DNA of 64,000 nt, from NCBI GenBank assembly GCA_910592345.1, contig CAJVPI010000024.1, positions 1-64,000 of the forward strand, read 5' to 3'. The DNA comes from Paraglomus brasilianum. Its lineage: Eukaryota. Made by a program: the position numbers and the translations under genes. Shown piece after piece: positions 1 to 12,956 of the stretch. The notes beneath the pieces are model-generated. The model saw nothing but the letters and a program-made list of their open reading frames with translations. It ran no database searches and was not told the origin of the DNA. The number at the start of each line of letters is the position of its first letter. Position 1 is the stretch's first letter.

Positions 1-70
<70 letters not shown>

Positions 71-116
71 GCTGTTGTTGTTGCTGTTGTTGCTGTTGCT
101 GTTGTTGTTGTTGTTG
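1..116 (-). repeat. (CAA/CAG)n microsatellite encoding polyQ
   Basis: (TTG)n with CTG interruptions on the + strand, in frame with the 1-650 ORF. Confidence 0.95.
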
Positions 117-650
117 CAAACTTCCTTGCTGTTGTGTTGGTTGCAAGGGAGTGAATTTTCCTGATAATACAAACAGTGAATGATGTCTTTCCCTATTTGA
201 AAGCGAAAAAGAAGGATGGTGTGCCAGATATGGTGGAGTATTAATCAATGGACTGCTACCCGTTGAAACAGAATTAATTGGAGTTCCGGACGTCGAAGAA
301 TCAAAGTCTTCAAAACTTGACCTTTGACTATTGTTATCACTTTCGGGCGTTCCAGGGTATACGGAAGGAGGATATAGTCCTGAGTGAGCTCGCGGTTTTG
401 GCGATAAACTTCTTTTCAATAAACTCTGTGACGATGAAGAGGTTGACAAACTCCTACGTGTTCTCCTTGCCTTAAAGTAATCGTCTACTTGGTATGATGG
501 AATGGGAAGCACAGTCAAGGCAGGATTAGGAGAGAGTGAAGGGGAAAGAGAGGGAGAAACGGAAATAGAAGTGGACGGAAGCGAGGCGGGAAGATGCGTA
601 GAATGTTCTCCTGGGAGAGAGCGAGATATGTATGGATGGCGGTCTTCCAT
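1..650 (-). CDS. 5' part of a Ser/Pro-rich, polyQ-containing protein that runs off the left window edge; function unknown
   Basis: Not in the ORF track because no stop lies in the window. Minus-strand ATG at 650 gives an open frame MEDRHPYISRSLPGEH...YFKARRTRRSLSTSSSSQSLLKRSLSPKP...TPLQPTQQQGSLQQQQ, and the CAA/CAG repeat is read in frame as polyQ. Confidence 0.75.
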
Positions 651-3600
651 ATGAATGAAAGCGGAAAACGGAATCAGAGATCTTGGATGCTATATGAATG
701 TTATTTGACAGAGTTACGGAAGATATAAGTGGGATTATAGGGATTGTAGTTAGAGGGAGAGGGGAGTATGTTTTATTGTTTTATTGTTTTGTCTCCGGGA
801 GTTGTATATTCTTATCTTGCGGTTTTGAATGGATGGTAGTATTCTATAATTGCAGTTTGCATGGAGACTATTTTGTGATTAATTATAGTTTATGTGTAAA
901 TAATTCGGTGGGTGTTTATGATATAAAACACGCTTATGTTAAATTCTCTTCTCTCTAATTATTCTGCCTCTCTCCAGCGGGTCCTTCTAGCAAGAAATTT
1001 TCCCCCCTATTTTTGGGATGATAACAATATGGACCCTCTCCTTTGGTCGTGAATGATGATGGTCAGAGTGGGACAAAATTTGTGTGGTTGGTGAAATTCT
1101 TGGAGCGGATGGCTGGCTTTATAACCTATTTGTTATTGTATTGGAACGGGCAAATAAAATACCAAGAGTACTTCTAACAATACTCGTTGGTATTTATTGT
1201 ATTCTGCAAGTATTGATTGACCGCTGATGGTTATGCTGTTGGGCGTATGTTTGCCTGCATAGCATCCGTGAATATTGTAGAGAACATGTAAACCCGAGAC
1301 AAATGTCGATATAACTTTAACGTAAAAAAGTATGCTGAGCATGTATCAGCACGAATCTATTTGCATTATTGGGACGATTGGGTTCTACATGACGACAAAC
1401 CTGTAATATTTATGAACAGAATGCTGCTAATTAACCCATTGCTGCATTCTTATGGCTTCATTTGTGCTTAACTAATAATATCGACCACATTGTAACACTA
1501 TTACTGGTATTCAGCGGGGGGAAAGTATAAAAAGATGTGTGTGAGATGTGTGTGAGATGAGTGCGGGGGAACTTCATAAAAGGTATTTGGCAATTCACAT
1601 ATGAAGAATAGTTGAACGTATATGGATATTTTGAAGAGGTGGCTGATGTTCCTACATACTCTTGCAGTAATCGTTAGAACTGTCGTTGTTAATGAAAATG
1701 ATATTCTTTGTTGGACAGGCTGCACGTATTACCTGTAATAACTATATTATTAAACAATATGGGCAACATGCATCTAATATATAGTCATAGGGCGTGCTGC
1801 AACAGACCAGAAGTGAACATGTGACGTTTATGCAGCCCCCAGTGTTTCCTGTTTTCTTTTTTCCTTACCATACCGATACAGCCGCTATCCCTAAAAAGGA
1901 GAGATTTTTGTTATCCCTCGATTCCTTTTCTATTTTGTTCTCCTGCCTTTGCGTTAGTTCTTCTTTTATTTGTTTCTGAACTCGGATGTGTGTAGTTGAT
2001 CAAAGGCGTACCCCGGGACAATTGGATCCGAGGGGAAAGAATACCATCGGATTTGCTATAAACAATTCTACTGGGTTGCACGGTTTTTGTTTGGTTTTGT
2101 TCAATCGTCATTGCTAGTTGAACACAAGACTATGCGAGGAGATCTCCAGAAAGAGCAGGCTCAACATTGAATAGATAGTTCCAACGAGTTCATCACAATA
2201 AGAATGTATCAGCGTTGTAGCAGTAGTTGATAATGAATCAAGTTCGGAGTCTGGATAATTTATTGAGGGTCTATGTTTGATTGGGTGTCTTACAGTGTTC
2301 AGATGATCATATTCAACTGTCACATATTTAATGGCTTGGCTTGGAAACTCCGTAACACACGACCTGAATATTTATTGGGTGTACACGAGAAGACATTCTG
2401 TAGACATCTTTTGATCTGACTATACCAGTTCCATTTAGGAATCTCCGTTTTAGTAAGTATGTTTTAATCCGATCCACGAAAATTTAAAGGTTGAAATCGG
2501 AAAAATGTCACAAAGGAAAAAGAGGTATTCAATGTGGCGCTTTGTGAACTAAGGCCAAGCCACTGACACAATGCTCAGCCACCACTTCTCGGCAAAGACA
2601 CCTACTGCGTTTTATGATATACGAGATAGATTACATCTTTTTATTTAATGCAAGCCCGGCTATGCGTCCTATGTCTCTGCTCCTGTCGGGCCATTCAGTA
2701 CGTGCGGATTGATAAGAACGCGACAGTCCATGAGGTTACATGAGGTTTCACTATGTCTGCATCTAATATCTATTATTTGATGATTATTCACATATCAAGA
2801 TGGGTCGTTGTGTAGATCGATTAGATAGAGTAAATGACTAAATCCAGAAAAGCGAGTACAAATAGGATGATAATAAGCATGAAGGAGTGACACCACATTA
2901 TTGCTAGGTGTGGGGATATTTGCAGATTCGTGAATTGTGATGGGGTCAACATAACATTGTCCAATTAACCAATCGCAGTATTAGTATTCCGAGGCTTGCA
3001 TTCTCATTACAGTATGAGAATCACAACAATGTTTACAGAAAACATTGCGCCACAAAAGTTTCAGGGGTCAGATCGTCAAGGGTCACAGCAACATATTTGT
3101 TTTATCCCCTACTTCCTACTTACTATTATCAACAAACTTAGTTACGGAATGATAATTTTTTCAAGCTGAGCACACTATTCTGAGAACGGTATTAATCCTA
3201 CCGAGCGTTCCTATTGTTACAAAGTATAACAAAGTCGTGATTCAAGTGATTTTCAACCTAGCAGTTTATGTAATCTTGTATTATTAATTAATTTACTACA
3301 GCATTGAAATCAGGCAACTCTTTGTCTGCTTTAACATCAATAATATTGCCTTATCGGCCCAAGTCTTCCAGACTGTTGTAAACTGAATAATATTACAAGG
3401 CCTATATTTATAGAGTTTAACCCAATCAGCTTCATCCGTACGCGAACAACGATGTTGCAAGCATAGCTAACAGCAATATATTAAGCATACTAGCTTTAGC
3501 AGGAAGTATTATCTATTAATCCTGCATCTACTTTCTTAGTTGTTTTAACAGTATTAGTATCAGAGCACAATCGGTAAACTAATTTCAAAAACTTCAGAAC

Positions 3601-4991
3601 ATATACACTGTTATTTTTGACACCTTACGATAGGCTGTTGGGGCACTTGAATTCTTAATAAAATTACAATTTTTGGGTTTTTAGATTCTTAGAATGCGAT
3701 GCAACAAGCTTTGTGCAAAATGTACCGTACATGTTAATATGTAACTCCCGAATATCGAAAAAAACCTCTAGCTTTTACGATGCTGCGTAGATTACACATC
3801 ACCAACAATCGTCTCGTTGATTTAGTAAATAAACACACGTTAACACAAGCCCCCTAACCGGTTTTGTAAATTAAAGTTTAGTTTAATCCATTTTCGCAAT
3901 CATGGAAACAAATTTCGTTACCCTTTTTAAGGATATAAAGACGCCTATCAAGTCACAGATTCTGTGAAAATTCTACTTTCAGCATCAAAGTTGGATGTTT
4001 GCCTTCGATATTGTCTCGAGTTGATTTTAATTAAAAGCATTCGTAATTACCACGTGAACGACAGACTTTCAAGTCTTGTGTGGCAATTTCCGATTCCGAT
4101 GGCAACGTTGCATGTATCATCCATTAAGTTCCGAGAATGTATTAATAATATTCCTTATGAAACGTCTGGGTTAACCCGCTACCTGACCGATGTATGACGT
4201 CAATTTGTAACGATATTACGTACGTGGCATTATTATATAACATTCAAGTGATGTACTGTCATTATATATCTTTCGTCCGTTTCAGATTTTGATAATTCGA
4301 GCAAATTAGCACGACTGAAAATTCAGCAAGAAGAGTTGAAATACACCGGCTTTTCTTGTTAACAAGCGCCTTATTTATGTAAATTGAAAGCCGCTCATTA
4401 TAATGGACTTTTTTCCTAGTATTTTGCCATAACCTATAATGTAATTAGCAATCCTTGACTGTATTAATTTTTGAGTTTTCGAGTCAAATTTTATTCAAGA
4501 TAATTAATTTTTAGCGTTTGCCTGTCAAGGTTTTATAAACATTAGTAATAATGATGGGCTTTTGTCTACTATATACAGATTGTTATGACTACAAACAAGA
4601 CCGTTGCTAAAAAAAGTTTGGTTTAATCTGTATTGACCAAAGCAACTATTACTATAATAGTTTTGACCTTGTGACACATATTCCTATAATTTTCTGTATA
4701 GTTCGACAAACAGTGTATATGAAGAAAGTAAATACAATGTTTATTAAAAAGAAAACGTTTACGCTTAGTTACAAGAAAATATGCGCCGGCCAACTTCAAC
4801 ACAATGACGTTGAATAATTTGAGATTAGCGGAGTTCGCAACGGCCATGCTACATATTGAACAATTTATTTATCAAATTTTGCACGTGACACTTAAATACA
4901 TTACGCTATATAAACAATCTTTAACGCGTCTCCGCTGATAGACAATTTACTTTGCAGAATTGTTTTGTATATACACCCTTACAAGATAAAC

Positions 4992-7900
4992 ATGAGACCA
5001 CCCTACACAAACACTAGACAAAGCAAATACAGAGAAAGAAATAACGATTTGATTCATCCAATGCTACCTAATAAGAGTAACACAAGATTAGAGAGACAGC
5101 CAGAAATTATCAATACTAATTATCCACCACCGCAAATTAGTCGAATATCGAATAGTCAAACGAGACTATATCAGCGAGCTTGTGAAAATAAATCCTCACT
5201 CGTAGACGACCAAAGAGAACCATGTAAATATAAAACAGTATACCATTTAGAAACGTATTGCACATTTAATTTAGTGAACTGAATCGCTAATCAGTTGCTC
5301 TAACTTTTCTAGTTAACATTCAATCCACCAACGCACTTTTTGCTAATAACCAGCATGCTGATATGCCAATCGTAAACTCATCAATCAACAAAAACTATCC
5401 GATAAATACAACTTGTGCAGAAGACCAACAGGAGGAATACAGATGTAACGAAAGGGTAGAAGATGATATCTATAGCTATGGATTTGATCCTAAATATAAA
5501 AATAAACAAAACTACAATATAGTACATATACCTGAGGTACGGACAACAAGGATATCGTCTAACATTATGTTTACTTACTTATTGAATTCTGTATGGTGTT
5601 AAATAGCAAAGTCGAGGCATGCATACGAGATATCGTGACTATTCTTTATCCAATGGTAAATAAAGCAGTGAAAATTAAATAAATATGCGGTATTTAACAG
5701 AAATTTGCTAAATTATAGACGAATCAAATACTCAACGTCCCCAATTAACATGGCCAACGTCGAATTTTCAGCCTTCCCCAAAGACTTCCGCCGATATTCA
5801 TTCTATTTCATTACGGCCTGTTTCTGAATTACGTATCCATAATACTTTATTTAGATTCTGTTAGATTGCGTGATGTAAATTTTTCCTTGACCGAACAATA
5901 ATTTTTCCAAAGCTGACAGATTTCGAGGTTTATTTCCTTTTGGAGTATTCAACGCTGTCCAGTCACAATGCATGAATACGGTAAGTAACAACTTAGTATC
6001 TCTGCATGGCGAGTTCCGTTTGCTCAAAGAAACAAAATGCTTGTCCAACAAAAATTATATAAAACATAAACATTAATAGCGTCATACTTTGCATTATTGA
6101 CTAATTTCTATATGTATAATTTTAGGCTCTTTATTCTGACGAGAATATGGTTGTCAGCGGTAACTATGGTATCGATTACTAGACCCGTCTATGTCACATA
6201 AAATTACTTACTGTGAGACTATTGTTTTGTCTAGCTCCGACCGGAGCAGGAAAAACAGTGATATTTGAGCTGGGCATGGTTCGTCTTCTCACAAATCACG
6301 CAGGAAACAGTGCAAAAATGGTATACATGGCCCCGACCAAAGTAAGAGTAACCATTGTTTAGAGTAATACCTTAAGACCCTGCGTGGAAGAAATAGTTCT
6401 AACGCTATACTATAGGCTTTATGTTCAGAGCGCGCCAAAGATTGGAAGACAAAGTTTAGACATATGGACGTGTCATGTAAGTATAGCATGGCAAATATTT
6501 AAGGTTCGTAAATGCTGTGACCATAGTCATCATAATTGCCTTTTTCGTGGTTGTGTTGTTAGGTGGTGAATTGACCGGTGATACTAATCAAGCACACATA
6601 AGTGAAGTTAAGAGGAGTGATATTATGTAAGTTTATATATATGATATCCGTCATGAGCATGTAATTAATTAAATTCTAACTAATAATTACAAACAACCTC
6701 AGTGTTACTACTCCCGAAAAGTGGGATTCGATGACTCGTAGATGGTGAGAACGTTAAAAATACACATCTAATAGTCTTTTTATTTGCCTTAACGTGAATT
6801 ATAACCTTTTTATATGTACTAGGACCGATCATAAACATCTATTGACATTGATAAAATTGTTTATGGTAAGAGAAACCTTTTTTTAAATAAATAATTACAG
6901 AAAACATTTACCATAATTTATATATTAGATAGATGAAGTACACATGCTTAAGGAAAGACGTGGAGCAACACTCGAAGCAGTGGTAAGCAACGAATCAATA
7001 AATTATTTGAATTGTACGCATGTTAATGGCAATAACACACAATTGTATTTGTGTTTGTATTTATTATCCACTAATTATTCAGGTCAGTAGAATGAAAACC
7101 TTTAACGTAGCAATACGCATAATTGCTTTATCTGCTACTGTTCCAAACGTACACGACGTTGCCATGTGGATTGGTGTTGGAAATACACCAACGGTTCCAC
7201 CACCAACGGAGGCTGCCGTACTGCACTTTGGCGAAGAGTACCGGCCTGTCAGACTTCTTAGACATGTACAAAGCTACCCAATGGGAGCGTGCAGCCCGTT
7301 TTTGTTTGATAAAAAGTTAGACTACAAGTTGAGTTCTTCCGACAAAAACCTTTTTGTACTGTATTTGCTAGTGTACTAATCGCGTACCTTTGTTAAGGTT
7401 GTTTGAAGTAATTCAGACATACTCGTGTAATAAGCCAACACTCGTTGTAAGTATTCGTCAGTGTCAAAAGTATATACGTACCTATTCATTGCTATATTGC
7501 GTGATAAATACACTTAGTTCTGCGCTACGAGAAAATCCACCGAGTCAGCGTGTCTGATACTATTACAGCAATTGAAAGAATTTGAAAAAAGCGGGAAAAA
7601 GCTTAGATGGGCCAAATCATCAAAGTAGCTATACGTTTAGTCTCTTTGTGCGTTAAAATTACTGTAGTAATAAAGCTGTGTTTCAGAAAAAAGACGACAG
7701 AAACACGAGATAAAAAATTACAGGGTAAGCTAACGGGAATGTTAACGTTCAAAACGTGCTTATTACTATAAAGTGTCACTACATATTTTTTTTGTAGAAA
7801 TGAGCTACTACGGAATCGCATTTCATCATGCAGGGTTGGACTTACAAGATAGAAGAAACGTGGAAACCATGTTTTTGAATGGATCTATTCGCGTAGTATG

Positions 7901-10900
7901 TAAGTATGTATGTGTGGACGGTCACTATGTATTCATCATGTACAAACGTTTGTTACCCCTATTGTTTCAGGCACCACATCCACCCTGGCTGTTGGAGTAA
8001 GTATAAAATTCAACCAATTCTATGCGTCTGCGTATACTTTTGTTACATTCTTATCGTATTTGTATAACTAACTATAAAATTTAGGTCAACTTACCGGCTC
8101 ATTTAGTAGTCATTAAATCTACTCTCGGATATACAAACCAACAATATGCAGAGTATTCCGATTTAGAAATAATGCAAATGCTCGGGCGCGCGGTATGGGT
8201 ACACGAGAAAACGATGTTCGCAATGGATACTTTTATTAATATAGTTATATGCAAATCCATAGGGAAGACCACAATTCGATGACAGTGGCGTTGGTGAGGG
8301 AGCTTTCAGTAATATATACAATTGTGATAAAGAAAAATAGTAGTGTGATTAACAAGCCCATATTATTAGCTGTGATACTAACAAGTAATGAGATGCATCG
8401 CAAGTATGAAGAGCTGGTTTCCGGAAGCGAAATATTAGAGAGCAGGTAACAAATATAATAATATGTGTCAATATATGAAAAATTAACGCTATACGGCTGA
8501 CACGTATAAATTGACTATTTTTACAGTTTACATAAGAATTTGACAGAACATTTAAATGCTGAAATTTGTCTTGGAGCAATTGATACTGTTACAAGAGCAA
8601 TGAATTGGTACACATACTGCAATTTAGTTACACATTTTGATTCTGTAATCCCCAAAGTTAGTAATATTTATTTGACTGAATAAATTTGTTTAGGCTTCGA
8701 TCCACGTTTCTGTACGTGCGAATAAAGTCAAACCCCAAATTTTACAAGCTTGATGGATCAACCACTTCTGATTCGTCAAACTGTGAAAGACAACTCGAAG
8801 GTGGGTAATATATTTGGCAATTTGAATAGCATGGTGTACCGTTCTCGCTATTCGTTTAATTGACGCATCATACTGATCGAAATAACTGGTAGACATATGC
8901 ATGCAAGATTTAAATCTGCTGGACAGTTCGAATCTCATTACAATGGACGCTGAAAAATTATCTCCAACCGGTAGGAAAAGTTAGTTTGGGTCAACTGGCA
9001 ATTAATAGACTTGAAAACTACGCGTTTTGTTTGTTTTGGCGATAACGATACGTTTGATTATAAACCTAAATTGCCTACTTGGTTATTAGAATTTGGACAA
9101 GCAATGGCCAAGTACTATCTTAAATACAAGACAATGGTCGATATTGTCAATATGCAAAGCAGAACAAGTATGAGGGATCTAGTAAGTCAAGTTTTGTTGT
9201 GCCGTCAGGTTGAACTGTATTCAATATTAAGATAATCACAATATTGCAGGTTGAATTGGTTTCAAAAGCGGACGAATTCTCAGAAATAAGGTTTCACATG
9301 GGTGATAAACAGGTATTTAAAAATCCATACGCGCTTGTGTGATAATCAAATATGCAATAATTAAATTTTATACGTTTTTAGGTGCTAAACTCATTGAATA
9401 AGAATCCAAATATCAGATTTCCCATCCGAGGAAAAATTACAAAAATTGATCAAAAAATTAATATAATTCTGCAGGTATACGACGTTTTTAGTAGTGTTTA
9501 TGTCTACGCGCGCTAGTGTACATTGTGAATGTTAACTTTTAATTTCTTAGTGTGTATTAGGAAATATAGCCTTTACAGACTCAAAGACTGCTTTTCAAAT
9601 GAATCTAGAAGTATCGATCATATTGCAACATTGTCATCGTATTGTCAAATGTATTTATAACAAGTCTTATTTGCGTTGGAAAACGGATTTATGAAACTGG
9701 TTTTATTATAATTTTGCTGCGGTTGCTTTGTTGATTACTAATATAATATGTGTAGGTATTATCGACTGCGTATGTTATAAGAAGGATGCATTCACATTAA
9801 GAAATGCAATTGACTTGTAAGTAAATAACTTTCTGTAATTTATGCCTTTGAAGCATTTATTAACGTTTGTTCAGTTCAAGAAGTTTAAAAATCAAGACAT
9901 GGGAAAATTCATCGATGCTTCTTCGTCAGCTTGATGGAATAGGTAATGCAACAGCGTGCATTTTATTATTAATGATGAGATCACTCACTATAAAATTTTT
10001 TGCAGGTTTGACGTATGCGAAGACTTTATCAACCTCAGGCATTTTAACGTTTGATCAGCTAGAAAACTGTGAAGCTAGTAGAATTGAAATGGTGAGACGG
10101 ATGGTGAGTTTGTAAGTCTGTAAGAAAAATACTCAACGCGTCAAGTTTAAATTTGTAGCTACTAAATCGCAATCCACCTTTCGGAACACAGGTGACTAAT
10201 GTTCATAAACAAGTAAATTAAATGTCTATTGCTACCATTTGTTAACTAACGTGTTGGCAAATTAGATAATTGACCAAGTAAAGACACTTCCCAAATTTAA
10301 ATTGTCTTTGAATCAGGTAATTATTAATACCAGGCATAACGTAACGTATAGTAGGGATACTGCTTAAAATTTAATTCAATCCTACAGTATCAAGACATGA
10401 GCACTCCAACTTCAATCGAGATATACGTCAATGCATCGGTTACAAATAAGAAGCTGAAAACCAAGAAAAATGAAATGCACTCAATGGCAATGTTCCTCGC
10501 GTACAATTCGGACGATATTATATGTGATATCAGACGACTAACGTAAGTAGACTAACAGCGCAAATAATCAGATATTGTAAGAGTGACTAACCACGCGTAA
10601 TAGTCTTTGTCAAATCCAAGATGAAGTCAGATTCCAATTTAAAGTAGAGTTGAAAAAACATAAACAGATGATTACATGTGTCCTTATGTCGGAGGATTAC
10701 CGTAAGTAGTCCAACGTCAGGAACATGTATACGTTTTTTTTAGTGTCGTTGGCTCCTTTGAATTTAAAATCTTTGTTTATCTGTATAGTTGGTTTGGACA
10801 TACAGCAGACCGTCAAGCCATCTGTAGACGCAAAATACTTTTTAGATCAGTGTAATGAATCTGAATTAAATATAACGAATGAAAACGAAAAAACTGCAGA

Positions 10901-12463
10901 GACAGAGGCGCGAAATTTGTTTTTTAATAGTGTTTTTTGTCGCATCATTATTATTATTTCCTAAATGATATTTACGTTAAATAGGGTGTCAATTGTGACG
11001 ACAATTTTTATGACTGGCCATCCGACCTGGAGGATGAAGACATTCCGCGTGAGTACTTAATATTGTCAGAACTTCAATGTCTGTAGGATATAACTATAAA
11101 TGTATTGCCTTTCATTAGCTCTTCCGCCACCAATTGAACTACATTTAGATAACGACGAGCAGCAGGAACAAGACGAATCAAAGTTAACTTGCAGTCGGGC
11201 TTCATCTCCCAATCAGCCCGTGTCTAACCAAATGTCACCTCACCAAGATATGACAATTGATTACACTGATTCAGATGTGGATGATATAGAGCTCTTGCCT
11301 AACGGACGTATCAAATGCAATCACATGTGCAAAGACAAGAAAAGGTACCGTGAATAATATTCGATATTGCAATTACAATGGTATTATTTTGCTTATTAAT
11401 TTACTAATAATCCGCAGATGTGCTCACGAATGTTGTAAGATTGGATGCAGACACAAACCAAAAAAACGCAGACACAAACCACTTAACGATCAATGTTCGG
11501 CAGACGAGGGTATTCAACTGAATAAAAAGTCACGAAGTGATGGATTGGATACTGTAATTGACATGTACGTAGCAGACGCAGATAAACATGATGGAACGCC
11601 CACAACAAAAAGTAAAGATATAAAAACACGGATAAATCGACAATTAAATACCACAAATAGTCAGAACGAAACAAACACAGAAAAAGTCTTACATTTTCGC
11701 ACAGAGCTAGACCAAATGTACGATTCGGCAACGAACCATGAGATGGATAATATATGCAAGAATGACGCTCGACTTGAAACAGATAACATGCAGATAGACG
11801 TAAAAGCAAAAGGGCAGAATATTGACACTACTAATACGAACGAAAGTATAGATATTGATGACGTATATTTAAAAGCAGATGTAACAGAGAGTGTTGCTTT
11901 CGATGGTTACGAGAATTTATTAGCGGTCGACTTGGATAATGACGAACTTTTTGGTTTAGACACTGACATGAATTCAGACTTTAGTAAGGAAATTGAGTAC
12001 AACGTAAACGAAGCCATGGGTGATACATATTGTAACGTTGTAAGCCATTTGAAGAACAATCAAGAAAGCAACATAGGAAATGGCTCGGAGAGCAATGCCG
12101 AGCGTCTTGAAGAAAAAGGGGAAAAGTCGGACGGTCAACGCGATGATGGGTTCTTGCTATGGTTGAAAACATGTACTGTGACAGTGAGCAGTGATGGAGA
12201 CTATGCAGGAGGTAAAGGCATTAGATATTCAAACGTATTGCTGTTAAACTATTTAATGCTGATTATTTGTAATTTGCATGATAGGGGGTTCCACGACCGA
12301 GGAAAATAATGCCACTCAAATAGAGATCCACAATAAGAGAAAAGATGAGAGAGAAAGAAACGAAAATAGTGGTGATAAGATAGAAGCCAAATGCATATCG
12401 AAAAATCCATTCGATGATGCCCTTGCTATATTCGATCACGTGTTTAAAGATATTATGAAATAA
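4992..12463 (+). CDS. HFM1: Meiotic Ski2-like DExH DNA helicase MER3/HFM1, about 40 exons
   Basis: Spliced by eye: FPFGVFNAVQSQC (Q motif), APTGAGKT (Walker A), YMAPTKALC, GELTGD, TTPEKWDSMTRRW, IDEVH, ALSATVPN, FHHAGL, TSTLAVGVNLPAHLV, QMLGRAGRPQFD, a Sec63-like region, and the MER3-type C-terminal Zn finger LPNGRIKCNHMCKDKKRCAHECCKIG. The extreme N- and C-terminal exons are less certain. Confidence 0.93.
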
Positions 12464-12956
12464 TGGGGAACGTATAAAATATTCTACCGGCTAGACAGTA
12501 ACTGATTACAGGGATTATGTAAACCGGAACTTAACAACCAATATATTTACTTGGTGTTACAAACGATCGGATGTTGTAACCAAAACTTAATGTCAGGCAA
12601 CATACGCGTGTTACGCAAAATAGACTCGATTTTATTATAGTATTAACCCATATTTTGACATTTTTCTAACATAATATTGTTCATCCGCCAGTCACAAATT
12701 TCAACGTAATTACAGTTTATCCGTAAACGGATAGGCCCCCAAAAGGTAGTAGTACACCAATGTTAGATATAAAGAGACCTATCACCCAAAGTTTCCGTCT
12801 CCTAGTCTATACGACTCGCCCTGCAGCAATTCAGCCATTATTATACAAACAAAACAAAGATACTAAACTCGTTATATTGATTATTTTTATTTTCATTATT
12901 GCTCTGCTTTGTAAATACTTGTATAAAACATATATTCTGTTGGAAACCCCATAAAA

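Noticed and set aside
960..2330. Short minus-strand ORFs upstream of the polyQ gene
   Set aside because: No recognisable domain and no consistent splice path into the ATG at 650; probably UTR or intergenic.
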